DNA of 64,000 nt. Source: Octopus sinensis (taxonomy: Eukaryota). The stretch spans positions 61,318,001 through 61,382,000 of the forward strand of contig NC_043004.1 of the NCBI RefSeq assembly GCF_006345805.1. Reading direction: 5' to 3'. A program made the position numbers and the translations under genes. Below the pieces are notes generated by a model. It saw only the letters and a list, made by a program, of their open reading frames with translations, ran no database searches and had not been told where the DNA came from. This document shows, piece by piece, positions 45,135 through 58,278 of this stretch (position 1 is the first letter of the stretch; each line of letters opens with the position of its first letter).

Positions 45135-45697
45135 GCATAATTAAATCTCAGAATGAGATTGAAACAGAAATCGCTCGATAATGTAAAGTATAGAAGCCAT
45201 CTTATCATGGCTAACCACATTGGGGAGGGGGTGTTACTGTAGCTTTATAACCCCAAGAGATCTACAGTAAAAAGTATAAAGCTACAGTAACACCCCCTCC
45301 CCAATGTGGTTAGCCATGATAAGATGGCTTCTATACTTTACATTATCGAGCGATTTCTGTTTCAATCTCATTCTGAGATTTAATTATGCTTACTGTTCGT
45401 TTTTCGACATCAGTGGCAGACGCCATTAGAAAAACTTATATATAATTTGCAAAGAAGCCTTCACTTCCATCGCTACCTGGTGGTTACCGCCCTGTGACGA
45501 GGGACAACAATCCCGAAACTAGTTCAAGCGTATCACTCAGGCTTGCGAGGAAGGGATGGCCTCCCTTTGCAAATACTCCAAGGACACTGATATTGTGTCT
45601 AAAGCCAGCTTGAGACGAAGATCTCTTGGGGCTATAAAGCTACAGTAACACCCCCTCCCCGATGTGGTTAGCCATGATAAGATGGCTTCTATACTTT

Positions 45698-45700
<3 letters not shown>
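45135..45700 (+). mobile_element. Penelope pLTR/retrozyme-like element: 358-nt unit plus 68-nt direct repeat plus inverted 5' arm, in a (TA)n site
   Basis: Direct repeat 45275-45342 = 45633-45700 (1 mismatch); perfect inverted repeat 45135-45249/45275-45389; hammerhead-like motif 45488-45530; (TA)n on both flanks. Confidence 0.7.
45488..45530 (+). ncRNA. Degenerate minimal type-I hammerhead ribozyme motif
   Basis: (G)UGACGA-GGGA-CAACAA-UCCC-GAAA-C-UA-GU-U-CAAGCG: perfect stem II, GAAA core, palindromic ACUAGU stem III, NUH = GUU. C3 is disrupted and stem I is only partial. Confidence 0.6.
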
Positions 45701-45741
<41 letters not shown>

Positions 45742-48172
45742 AGAAACAGTTTATAAGAACAGCTTTCTTATATAAAAGACTCTAAATGGTCACCATTGTT
45801 TTGAATCACCCTGTATATGGTTGATATTTAGAGAAGAACAAATGACGAAGGGGCACGAGCAAATAAACACAGAGAGAATAAAACAAGAAAAACGTATGGA
45901 CTTAGCGGTGACTCATGGCAACTGGTTGGAAAAAGGTAGTTGTACAGGGGAGCTAGGACGAAGGGCAGATAATAAAGTACTGGTGATCGAAAAACGAAGG
46001 TGCGCGTGCGTTTGTAGTTTTGTAAGTGTGTGCGAGTATAATGTGTGTGTTTATGATGGTGTGATTGCTGAAAATGGTCAGTTCCAGTGTGTGTGAAGTG
46101 GTGTGGGGTGGGGTGGGGTGGGGTGGGGTGATATGATGTTGTGATGTGATGGTTTGTGGTGTGGTGTGGTGGTGTTGGGATGAAGTGATGTGAGAGTGAG
46201 GTGTTGGTTGGGGGTGAGGATGTGGGTTGGGGTGAGGATGTGTGGTTGGGATGAGAATGTGGAGGTGTAGGGGTAGGGCTGGAGTATGTGGGAGTGGGAT
46301 ATATGGGGTGGGAGATGGAGGTGATATCAAAGAAGGGAGAGGGTGGATAGGAGTGAAGACAGGAAGTAGGTATCAGAGCAAGAGCGGTGAGGAGAGGTGG
46401 GTAGGAGTGAAGAGAGGAAGTAGGTGTCATATGAAGAGAGGAGAGGCAGATAATCAGAGGAAGAGGGGAGGAGAATTGAGCCCATGTGTCGGAAACGGCG
46501 AAAGCGGGAGTCCGGTTGGCCCCTGAGGAAATACAATCCGAACACAGACAGGTGTCGCAATGAATGGTCGGTAGACCGGTATGGCGCGAGACCGGAGTAT
46601 ACGACGGGTGGTTTTCAGTTTCTTCCCGCCATATCCGTTCACAAGACTGCTGTAGGAAAAAAGTTGCTCAAGGTCCTGCACAGCGGGACTGAACCTAGAA
46701 CGATATGACAAGGAGGCAAACGTCTTCTTAGAAAACCATGAATCACATTCTTCTTGAAGGCTGCTGTCAGTTTAACACCGAAACTAACGACATTATGCTA
46801 AGGATTACGATTGCATTTTCTATTTTGCTCTATATTTAATATTACTGAATAAGTACTATTCAAACTTCTTTCAATATACTTAAACTTTAATTGTACCTTC
46901 GATTTTGTGCCCGACTTGAAGCTCTTGAACATGTCACCCTTGGAATTTCTGCCTTATAAGAATTTCGTGTATCCATTTGATTGTCTTCTATAGTTAAGCG
47001 GAACATCCGAGCACAAGCCGTCATACACAGGCAAGTATAATTGGATGTGAATGGAGAAATGATTAACAAGAATATAGGGAATTAACAGCCTACTATAATT
47101 AATATGCTGCAGATTTAATATACATACTGATAGTGCAAATAATTTGGACGCAACGGTATTATTAATTCACTTGCTTCCAACTTGGGACTGCGTCCATTCT
47201 AGAGCACCACCTCGAAGATTTAAAGTTTGAAATCGGCTTCATTATATTTTAATGCGTGACCCATCTTGTATGTGTCTCTTCTGACCGAAGCGCTCGGTAA
47301 TAAGAAAGCTATTCACCTAAGAAATGTTGTCAATTTGTATTCATATATACATACATACATGCATACATGCATACAGGCGAACATGCATTTTTAGATATGA
47401 GCATGCATGTATACATATGTGTATGCATTCGTGTGAAGTGTGTTTGTGAAGTGTGTATAATAACGGGCTTCTTCAAAACACATTTTATATTAACGAGATC
47501 TACTCATAAGGTATTCGTTGGCTCGAGATTATAACAGAACAAACCTGCCCAGGTTCTCATGCAGTTGCTTTGAACCAGAGACCCCATTGTTTTTAAGCAA
47601 ACTTTTGAGAGCGACAGACTTATTTGCAGCAAAGTGCTCTCAGTTTGCTTATTTTACTTCATCACAGTCGGTTCCATATTGCTATAGTTAGAAAGCAACC
47701 AATATTTTCCATGTTCAATGCATCGCTAATTATTAAACCACAATAAAAATATAATATTAATATTCGTTTATTATTGCTAATCTTTTGCTATCACTCGTAT
47801 CTAATATTCCACATCCATTGTGTCCTTCTTCCATCGCTACGTACCAAGCACCGTGAAGGATGCCTTTCATTGATAACCTTCCTAATTTCCACCTATTCAT
47901 TATAAGCGTTATTTCCTCCGATTCTTAGTGATTTGCCTTTCCTTAAGCCGATCATGTGGCGGGAAAATGTCACTTCCCTACTTACTGCATCGAATAAATA
48001 TAAGTGATTGCTTTTCTGGCTTTCGATGTTTAAATCTTTTTTATCTAAATATATTTTGAAATATATCGTTTCTCTTAACACCCGATTGTTTTCACATTTC
48101 TACTATAAAACGCACATATTAATCTAAAGTCACTTTAATGCGGTTAAGTATACATTAAAGGATACTTATGAT

Positions 48173-48345
48173 AGGCGCAGGAGTGGCTGTGTCGTAAGTA
48201 GCTTGCTTACAAACCATATGGTTTTGGGTTCAGTCCCACTGCGTGGCACCTTGGGCAAGTATCTTCTACTATAGCCTCGGGCCGACCAAATCCTTCTGAG
48301 TGGACTTGGTAGACGGTAACTGAAAGAAGCCCGTCGTATATATAT

Positions 48346-48391
<46 letters not shown>

Positions 48392-48395
48392 ATAT

Positions 48396-48453
<58 letters not shown>

Positions 48454-48461
48454 ATATATAT

Positions 48462-48521
<60 letters not shown>

Positions 48522-48551
48522 TATATATTATATATGTATATATATATATAT

Positions 48552-48585
<34 letters not shown>

Positions 48586-48815
48586 TGTATGTATGTTTGT
48601 ATGTATGTATGTGTGTTTTTGTGTTTCTTTTGTCCCACCAACATCGCTTGAAAACTGATGCAGGTATGTTTACGTTCTCGTAATATAGCGGTTGGGCAAA
48701 AGAGATGATAGAATAAGTACTAGGCTTCCAAAGAATAAGTCTTGGGGTCAATTTGCTCAACTAAAGGCGGTGTTCCAGCATGGCTACAATCAAATGACTG
48801 AAACAACTAAAAGAG
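48173..48815 (+). mobile_element. SINE B with expanded internal (TA)n
   Basis: Head AGGCGCAGGAGTGGCTGTG; about 230 bp of imperfect (TA)n in the linker; TAAAAGAG tail. Confidence 0.88.
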
Positions 48816-49319
48816 TATATATATATATAAGAAGAAATTTCCTTATTTACGTATGGACTCAATATGAGGATTTATACTACGTGAATTTCGTCCGAAAGTC
48901 TGCGCTCAAAATTCGTTTCACAGATATTGGGTGAAATTTATTAATTTTTACTTGCTCGCTACAAAACTTACAAACAAACTGTCCAATCACGTATCGTTAT
49001 TTCACAAAATCGATCATGGCATTTTATCATTACGCTCGGAGTTGAGTATTATTTGTTATAATTACAATTAATTGCCATAGACACTGACAGATTAACTATT
49101 AGGCGCAACTTTAAAAAATAAACAAATAGAAATGTTTTGACAGCACTGATTCGGTTAGACAGAGAGAGATGCTTGCATCAAGGTAACTTCAGTCAGCCGG
49201 AAGTACAGGAGAGAGATAGCGCACTTTCCAAGGTTACGTTGCTAAGGTTAAAACATATTTTTCTTTTACTTCGGTTATGTTCTTCTACATGTTTTTATTG
49301 AATGTATATATGCTATATA

Positions 49320-50539
49320 TTGGATCATCCCATAAATAATGCGGTTTTTAAAATACTTATTCTATTTTCAAAAATTAAAATAAACTAAATTATTTTTTAA
49401 CCTAAAATATACTCTCCTTCATTTTCTACAATGCTCTTCCATCTACCTGGTAGACTTGCAAGGCCCGTCTTCCAAACTCGACTTGTCCGTGATGAAAAAT
49501 ACTTCTACAGTAATTTTCTAACCTCGTCTACAGAATCCTTATATTTTTACGTCCAAATGTTTTTGAAGACTGCGCAGTAAATGATAATCAGTTGGGGCAA
49601 TGTCCGGCGAATATGGCGGGTGGGGCATTGTTTCCTATTCAAACTACTCCTCCTCGCTGTATGTGGCCAACATTATCTTGATGGAAGAACATCTTTCATT
49701 TTGAAAGCAAAGATGGTCGTTCTTCTAGTGTTGACTTAAGCCGCTCAATCTGTTTGGGTTCGAAAGTTCAAAGTGGACTAAACCTTTCATATACCACCAA
49801 ACAGATAACAATACCTTACGTGGGTGAAGAGCTTCTTTAGCCTGGGGGTGGTGGCGGTGTTGCTCCTTTGCCTAACCACTATCCTCAGCGCCTGATATTT
49901 TTATAGAGAACCCATTGCTCGTCACTAGTCACGATTCGGTTCCAAAAATGTTCATTCGTGAGATGTGACAGCAAAGAAGAGCAGAGATTCACTCTCTGTG
50001 AGTGATTAGACTCGGGAAGTTTGTGAGGAATCTGACTTTTCCGATGGCACGTAGATGTCGATCAATGGTTGAATGACCAAATCTCTACTGGTTCGGCAAC
50101 AGTTAGGATATGATTTTATTCCATCAGGGTTTTGTAGGATGTCCTCGTCGAGCTCTACTGATCTCCCAGGACGAGACTTGTCTTCTAGGCTGTAGTTTCC
50201 GGCACGAATCTCTGGAACCACAGCTGACACTGGCTTACGCTTATTGCCGAATACCCATATACTCCATTAATATTCCTCGAACTTTCCGTTCCGTTGTTGC
50301 CTTTATTGAACTCATAAAATCAAATATGCCGAATATGCTACTTTGTCACTTCTATTAAAATTTCGAAAAAAATAACTGTTACAAACGGACTGCAGTTATC
50401 AAGACTTGCACTAAGAATAAAGATAAGGTAAAATTACTACCTGCTTTTATAGCAAGTTTTTGCAAGTAGTTTCTCCCGTCCCCCTCCGACTTTCGATTCA
50501 TGCAACTGAAAACACTGCATTATTTATGAGCTGACCTAA
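49320..50539 (-). mobile_element. Full-length decayed mariner (D,D34D), 1220 bp, TA target duplication
   Basis: TIRs TTGGATCATCCCATAAATAATGCGG / TTAGGTCAGCTCATAAATAATGCAG, each flanked by TA. Minus-strand motifs RAGNYSLEDKSRPGRS, IVTSDEQW, HQDN and YSPDIAPTDYHL; multiple stops and frameshifts. Confidence 0.92.
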
Positions 50540-50589
50540 TACATTGCTTTATTTTAACATATGTTACATGTCCATGCTTCTTTAATATC

Positions 50590-51971
50590 AGACATAGTAA
50601 TGAAACGGCCTTCTAGAAGATGCGAAGCCTTCTGAGAAACTTTCACTGCATTTGCGGTGGGTTTCTAGCTAGAATCACATTAACAAATCTCTCAAAAAGT
50701 TTTATGCCTCCTTCAGTGTGAAATTTAAGAGACCAAGATAAGCAGTGATTCCTCACAAGGCCTGCCCAATTTGGGTTGGAAACTTAACGCAATAGACAAA
50801 ATGCACAGAGAAATATTTTAATTTTGGGTTCCTATAGTATAGAGACGACTGAAAGAATCAGACTAACGACTGTTACTTTTGCTCATATGAGATGCTGGAT
50901 TACAGTTCGAAGAGTGACAAAAGCATTGTTTATCCAAATCTCCAATCTACATTCTTGCTTGTTGTCCATGGGCCAGACTCCAGACCCATTACCACCAGCA
51001 AGACTTACACTTGGGTTTAGAGTCAAAAGGTATTGATAGCAATGAAGGCAGAGAACCTCAACTACTCAATCAGTGAGAAGGAAATGATCCAGTGCAAGAC
51101 TTGGAAGGGCTTTTAGACTTCGGATTTAAATCGAAGAATATTTTAGGTCATCGTGCTAAATTTTATTGGTAACGTAACCACGAAAAAATATTTGTTCCAT
51201 ATCTCGCCCAAGAAAATGATTTACTTTGTTGTACATATCCATGAGGACGAATAGGACACTTTGGTTATAAGTTACAGTTCTGATGAACGGAGAATCCTCT
51301 ATCGACTTTTCTGTCTTAAAGTCTTGAAGTTGCTCTACTGCATAATGTTAATAAATATGCTTCTATCCTTGATATACACTCTGTGATTATGAAGGGATCA
51401 TGAAAATTTAGTGTCACACAATAGACATGATTAAATTCAAAGATCACGAATGGGATGTTCTGCGCCGACTTGAAAATGTTGCCGAAAAACTCTTAGGTAA
51501 TGAAAATGTTTCCCTGTTTCTTGTGTAAATGGGGCAGAAGTACCAGGAACGTCCAATGGTCTAAAAAGGAATGACCAAGTAGAGGTATGGAAACACCAAG
51601 AACAACGAAAATCTTCGAGAAAGTTTGGTTGATCCAAAAAGGGTTCTTCTGCCTCCTCTACATACAAAATTTGGCCTAATGATGGTATTCTTAGAAGATT
51701 TACCAGAGGATGGAGCGAGTTTTGGGTATATGCGTAGCACATTTCCTGCTCTATCAGGCATCAAATGTGAACATGGTCTATTTGTACCAAGTTCATTCTT
51801 ATTAGTTTCATTTTGTCCTTCCATACCTAGAAATTATGATATAATTTATTATTAAATTCTAAGAAAATTTTAGGCAATATTGATATTGATAGATTATTGA
51901 TATTTCGAATGAGCACCACGTAGAATTGTCAAAAGAATTTTCGAAAATTTTCCATTTCGGAGACCAGTGTA
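50590..51971 (+). mobile_element. Degenerate Chapaev3-like (CMC) DNA transposon
   Basis: Ordered frameshifted motifs CICG, DQDK..PH.AC, DCYFC, IVYPNL, EPQLLNQ..ND.V.DL, SL.VALLHN.NKYASI..HSV.MK, DLKM..PCFLCKW and VLLPPLHTKFGLM. 3' end ...GGAGACCAGTG|TAA; 5' terminus not located. The family name is from motif recall. Confidence 0.7.
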
Positions 51972-52199
51972 ACAAAATTGCTATTCAGAGGTATTTTATA
52001 CCAAACTAATACGAAGAGTGCGTTACTGTCAAAGTACGTATAACAAAAAGAAAGTCCTAAGATGTTAATTATTCTCATTGCTTTTCATCAAATTATAACT
52101 CAAAATGTAATAAATAAAATTCTGAACTTCATAGTGATATTCTTGTTCACTCTACACCCGTACTATAATTGCTACATATTTCTTAGTATGCAATTCGCT

Positions 52200-52429
52200 A
52201 CTCTTTACTCTTTTACTCTTTACTCTTTTACATGTTTCAGTCATTTGACTGCGGCCATGCTGGAGCACCGCCTTTAGTCGAGCAAATTGACCCCGGGACT
52301 TATTCTTTGTAAGCCCAGTACTTATTCTTTCGGTCGCTTTTGCCGAACCGCTAAGTGACGGGGACGTAAACACACCAGCATCGGTTGTCAAGCAATGCTA
52401 GGGGGACAAACACAGACACACAAACACAT

Positions 52430-52472
<43 letters not shown>

Positions 52473-52636
52473 CGACATGCTTCTTTCAGTTTCCGTCTAC
52501 CAAATCCACTCACAAGGCTTTGGTCGGCCCGAGGCTATAGTAGAAGACACTCGCCCAAGGTGCCACGCAGTGGGACTGAACCCGGAACCATGTGGTTGGT
52601 AAAGAAGCTACTTACCACACAGCCACTCCTGCGCCT
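52200..52636 (-). mobile_element. SINE B, full length
   Basis: Reverse complement of the 18118 and 24584 copies; (CTCTTTTA)n tail. Confidence 0.9.
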
Positions 52637-53187
52637 ATGTGAAGAAAATGTGAAGAAAAGCTAGACTGCATGACTACGAAGGAATTCTATTGTTTAATGC
52701 TTAGGGGATTGAGGAAGATATAAGTACCGAAATGGAACTAAGAATTTCGGATATACAGATATTTTGTTTTTATTCTCGTTGATTTTCCTTAACGTTAGTC
52801 TATTTCTTATTCAGTTGATCAACGATTAAAGTTGTTCCAATCGTGACCATCCAATCTATTTGAAGGTATAATGCACCTAGAATCGTCTCTTTCTATTTTT
52901 TAAACCCTCTAATAAAAGAAGTATATATAATATAATGTCGTGCAGCCGAGAGAATTATGAAGTAGACATTTGAGAGATATTTGACTACTAGATCTAATAA
53001 GACGAACGCTCAGTCAGTGGCGTTGGTTGACTGTTTTGAACAAGAAAAATGTTCCACCAAGCGTGATATAAGAGAGAAAAGAAACGGGAATTGATCTGCA
53101 GCCAATAAGTTCAGCAAAGTTTATTCTGTCTTGAAAGTAGTGAATCTATTTTCAGATTATGATTTAAGCGAAGTGAATATCTAGCCG

Positions 53188-53405
<218 letters not shown>

Positions 53406-56264
53406 TTGTGTATTTTATACACACACATACATAATCTTCTCAAAACCTCTCTCCATTGACTATTTTTAAGGCGTAGAAGTAATACGACTGAAAGAATTAT
53501 GCAATGAACCAACCATTGGAAACTTGAATCTACTATGTTATTCTTCATAAATGCACAGTAAAAAGAAAAACAAACCTGTTGGTTTTTGCTTGTTAGATTT
53601 TAAATTCTTTCTATGTCGTAATAATTTATTATGAATCACAACAAAGAATGCTTCACAAAATTTTCTTATCCTTTATATTTATTGTAATACAAGATGAGTT
53701 TTGTGTAGCTCTCAATACCGAATTAGAGTTGCAGCTAAACGCGTTTTGTCTAGACTGAACAATAGAAGTCAATTCTTCTATTGAGAGCTTGTGATATCAC
53801 ATGTATCAATAACAATTTACTCAGATGTAGTGATAGAAAACGAGAATTATAAACTAAATAGAATTTTAAGCAGCTATGTTACATTTCAATTATAAATAAT
53901 TGGATTGCCTCCTCGAGATTCTAGTAAGTTTTTCACTTCCATTGTAAGTGTTATACCATTATAGAAGTGTTCAACATAAGACTCATATCTCTCATAAAAT
54001 AATTGATGCGAAGCATACACATAAAAGAGTAGATCACATCTACTGAGTGTTAAGGAATCAGATATTCATAAAATATTATGAAATATAATTTTTAACAACA
54101 CAGTAAAAATATTGACTTTTCATTCTGTTTTTAAGTTAAAATTTTATGATACTAAAATGCACCAAGTGCTCTTTCTAAAATGTTATGTTCTTTGTTTCGA
54201 AGAGATAACATAAAATGAAAGAATGAAAAACCTGGAGCCATTTCAACGTTATGGAGAGAGTGGGAAACAAACGGATCTGAAATATTGGACTCAGCTATCA
54301 AAACTGCCATCAATATGTCCAGACAGATACGCTTTCGATCGCCGTTTATCGATTCATACAGCATAGGTTGAGGGAAAGATCGTAAAATCGTAATAAAACA
54401 CGATTGTATATCTCTCCTAACTGACAGGCATAATTTTAGAGGAGACAAAAACGTCATGCATACATAAACTCACGCACGCACACTCACACACACTCATGCA
54501 CACGCACACACAAACACACTCTCTAACACTTATTCATGTTTAGAGTTTCCAAAAAACAGACCGTCGTTTCATATTTTCTTCCGTACCATGTCTATACATG
54601 CGTATTCACGCGTATGTGTATCTTGGTAAGAGGTTATCTCTCTGCTAAATTGGATTTGTTAAAAAGATACGGAAGATAGAGCTATCGAATTTTAATGATG
54701 TTGGAAATGAATTTTGTCAGACATAACTTAAATCAGCGAATCCATTTCCTTTTCTGGCAATGAACAAACTCTGCGATATTATCTATGTTATAAGGAACAG
54801 TTTTCTAGAATTAAAACATCAAAATACAACCTTAGTTATTTTAGATTATTATCCTCTCGTATCAATAAATACCGTTTAATGGTCAAATCTGTGCTGGTTG
54901 GATATCAGCCAGCTTTAAATGTTATGTCCAGTAACGTATAGTGATTTGATGCCTTACTATCATATAGTTACTATCATTATCCCGTGATTCTTGAGATTAA
55001 TGAATATCGGCTTAATCAGTAGAACAATGTATCATTTGCCTTGCATGTTCTTGTCATAAACGTTTAATTTCTAAGCTTAAACACCTCTTGGTGTGTTTAC
55101 CTTTCAGTGTTATCTACTCAGTTAAATAACTATGAATCAAACAGTAAAACAAGCCATCGGCTTCATGCGAATGCGTATAGCTTGGTAACTTGTACCATAC
55201 TTTCGCTAACTGGTCTATTTAGGTGACCGTGAGTAGATACAGTTATGCTCTCTCGAAATTTTCGTCCTTTGATCCAGCAACCTATCCGGTATTTGACAGC
55301 TTGAAGGAGAGGCATCAACATCAGTACTTTGCTGGAACACATTTTCATCTGTGTAGACTGGATCACTGTGAAAATGTGAACTTCATCAAGGGAACAAAAA
55401 TCCATCGCCTTGTTCAGTAATTGAACCCGCAAAGTATGATCATGAATATGATCACAAGCCCACAATCAAACACCATTTTCGATTAATATACTTCATATCA
55501 ATTTCATGTTTTCTTTGAGAAGAGACTGCTACCATTCGATCCACCATTCTCTTATGACGATCACATATTTTGTTTACTCTGGATGATATGTTAAATAGCT
55601 CCATCATCTTTCATGAAAAGAAACGAAATAGTATATAATATATGATAGAAACAATAATCAATCGATTGTGATTTGAAAGGGATATATCTGCTATCTTTGA
55701 TAGATATATATTTCATGGACAGGATTCTCTTGAAGAAAATCCATCTGAAGCTGATGGATTAAATGACTTGTGGTGAGAGGCAAACTGATGCCAATTAGTT
55801 GAGGGAGCATTTTCGTGGTGAGGTTTAGACTATATTGAAGTAGTAGTAGCGCTGTCCAAGATGCAGGAAATGCACTTCATTTAATAAACTGTCGGAAACA
55901 CACATATTCACTGTCCGTAATTATTTTATCTGACCTAGAATGATTACAGTTAAATTTTAACCCAATAGGGTTTGATGCGTGGCTGTACAAAAATGAAACT
56001 ATATATTGTCAAACAGTATAATATTTCGTAAAATAAGCATTCGAGGAAATGCTTAAAAGGAAGATAAAATGATATTCTGATACACAGAGATAAAGAGAAC
56101 CATATAGTCGATCATGGAAGAATTGGTAATTAGACTGTAATTGGTCGCATTTAAATACCTTGCAGTTATTGCATGCTCTGCTAGAATATTCTAAGTAATA
56201 TAACATTGAACAATTTATGTTTTTTGCTTTTCCTATAATACATGTGTGATAACCAAACCAACAG

Positions 56265-56447
56265 TTAGGAGCTGGTTCCGAAGCGACAGGTAAATCAATC
56301 ACTTCGAATGTCCCTTACTATGCACATTTAAGGGACCCCGAATATGACGAGCTGCTATCACAGGTGCTGAAACAGTTCGACGTTAAACATTCAGAGGTAA
56401 AGGAACAAATAGATGAACTTTCGACTTTCATCAAACAACTAGGAATT
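56265..56447 (+). CDS. M13 metallopeptidase, internal exon C (phase 0-0)
   Basis: Not in the ORF track (no ATG). Acceptor ccaacAG| with an upstream T/C tract, donor |GTAAGT, 183 nt open: LGAGSEATGKSITSNVPYYAHLRDPEYDELLSQVLKQFDVKHSEVKEQIDELSTFIKQLGI. It occupies the position of the neprilysin ..RDYY...M..V..LEKEIAN segment, and its phase matches exon B. Confidence 0.8.
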
Positions 56448-58188
56448 GTAAGTAAAAATGTGTGTTTTTTTAAAAATTAATTGCATAAGCTACGTTTGGC
56501 CTAATTACTAATTTACATTGATGAAGGTAGACGCGCTCACATAAACGAAAAAGTAATAGATGCATACATATTTCGATGTGTGCCTATGAAATTAGTTTTG
56601 AAACCACGCTGTTAAGAGTTCAGTCCTATTCTGGAGTATCTAGAGTAAATACTTGTTCTGGAGCGCCGGATCGACCGTTGATTTGTGAATGAATTTTGTA
56701 CAGAAAATGTGTAGAAGCATGTCCTGTAAATGCGTGTGTATGTATATTTTGCGGGAATTTGTTGTTGTGGTGTGTGTGTGTGTGTGTTATCGTGTCTGGG
56801 TGTTTGTGTTTGTCCCCACATCGCTCAACAACCAGTGATGGTTTTCCTGATCTTGTGATGATGGAATTACTACCAGAAAGTTTCCGACCAAACACTTTAA
56901 AGGTGATGTACCAGCATAACAGCATGCCATGACTGAAATCAGTAAGGAGAGGCACGTTCACGCGCACACACACACACATATTCACACACGCACACACAGA
57001 CACGCACGCACACACTCACACACAGACACACACACAGCACGTACATACATGCGGACACACGGACACACATAAATGCACGCACTCACAAACGAAGTAGGCT
57101 GTCATCGCTTTGTTGTTTCCGGATCAGATTCGATTGCCTATAATCATAACAAAGTGTCTTTTATCGCGCCTGAGGTCGATAGAAGGCCTCTGACTGATAT
57201 TGCGTAGGTTGAAACATGATAGGGTGTGCCTGTATATTCTCATTTCACATCCTGTGCCGTCGATCCGGGTTCAGCATTGTGACGCTTACACGGTTTTGTG
57301 GCATACTTAAGCTCTTACAACTTGTGCTAGTATCGGTTGTGTTCCTGTGTCACTCTTAGGAGCGGGCGGGCGCGTGTGTAACACTGCTGTGTTTGAGTGA
57401 AGAATGTGTTTAAACATGAATATGCTCTGTGTTTATTTGCAGGCATGTATATGATCGAGTGTGTGTGTCCCTGTTATCAGTTGGTGTCTGTATATGGGGC
57501 GGGTGAATAAAGTATGTTTGTATATGAAGTTGATATGTGTGTGTATATTCGATGGTTATACACACGTATACGTATTTAAGGACCCTTGTATATGTGTGTG
57601 ATGCTATCAAAGGTACGAGTCTGCTGTATGGGAAGTATGTGGTCGACGTCGATAGAGGATAAGGGCTGACAAGAAGTTGGGTTTGGGACGTGTTGGTGCA
57701 TCAGTATATACAAGCAATTATACGTGGGGGAGGGCAGTTAGAGTGTGGCTGCTGGTGTGTGAGGAGTGTGAAAGAGTGTATGAATGAGTGCATGCGCATT
57801 TGTGTGTGTGCACGTGTGTCTAAATCTAATTTTATAAGCACACTTTTAAATGCAGGTGCATAATGTAGTGTTGTGTAGGTACTAACAATAATAGAGTAGA
57901 GAAGGTGTGTAATGGTTAAAGAAGGTGGAATTGGAAAGTGGGGGTGTTTGGTGTGTGTAAGTATATGTGAAGGTAGTTTTAAATTCAGAGAGATGACAAA
58001 ATGAGTCCCTTAGAAACTGGAGAATGAAGCTAGAAAATAAATGACTAATCACCATGGCTCTGGGTGGTATTCGTTTACATATATATCTATCTTCGAATTT
58101 TTTTCTGCAGTTTAGGTAGATATTGGTGCGATGTCAAAGGAATTTCTTGTCATTTATATGTTTATATTCTTTTAATTATTTACACTAG

Positions 58189-58278
58189 ATAAAATGGCAA
58201 AGTCGAGTCGATGTTGATGACGTACCTGCAATGTATCATCTGACTACACTTGGAGAAATAGCTACGAATTACACATCG
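58189..58278 (+). CDS. M13 metallopeptidase, internal exon D (phase 0-0)
   Basis: Acceptor ttatttacactAG|, donor |GTAGGT, 90 nt open: IKWQSRVDVDDVPAMYHLTTLGEIATNYTS, matching neprilysin ..EDRNDPMLLYNKMTLAQI.. Contains an NYT sequon. Confidence 0.82.

Noticed and set aside
54152-55465. Protein-like short ORFs (54152-54457, 55163-55465)
   Set aside because: No recognisable motifs in any frame and no consistent splice signals.
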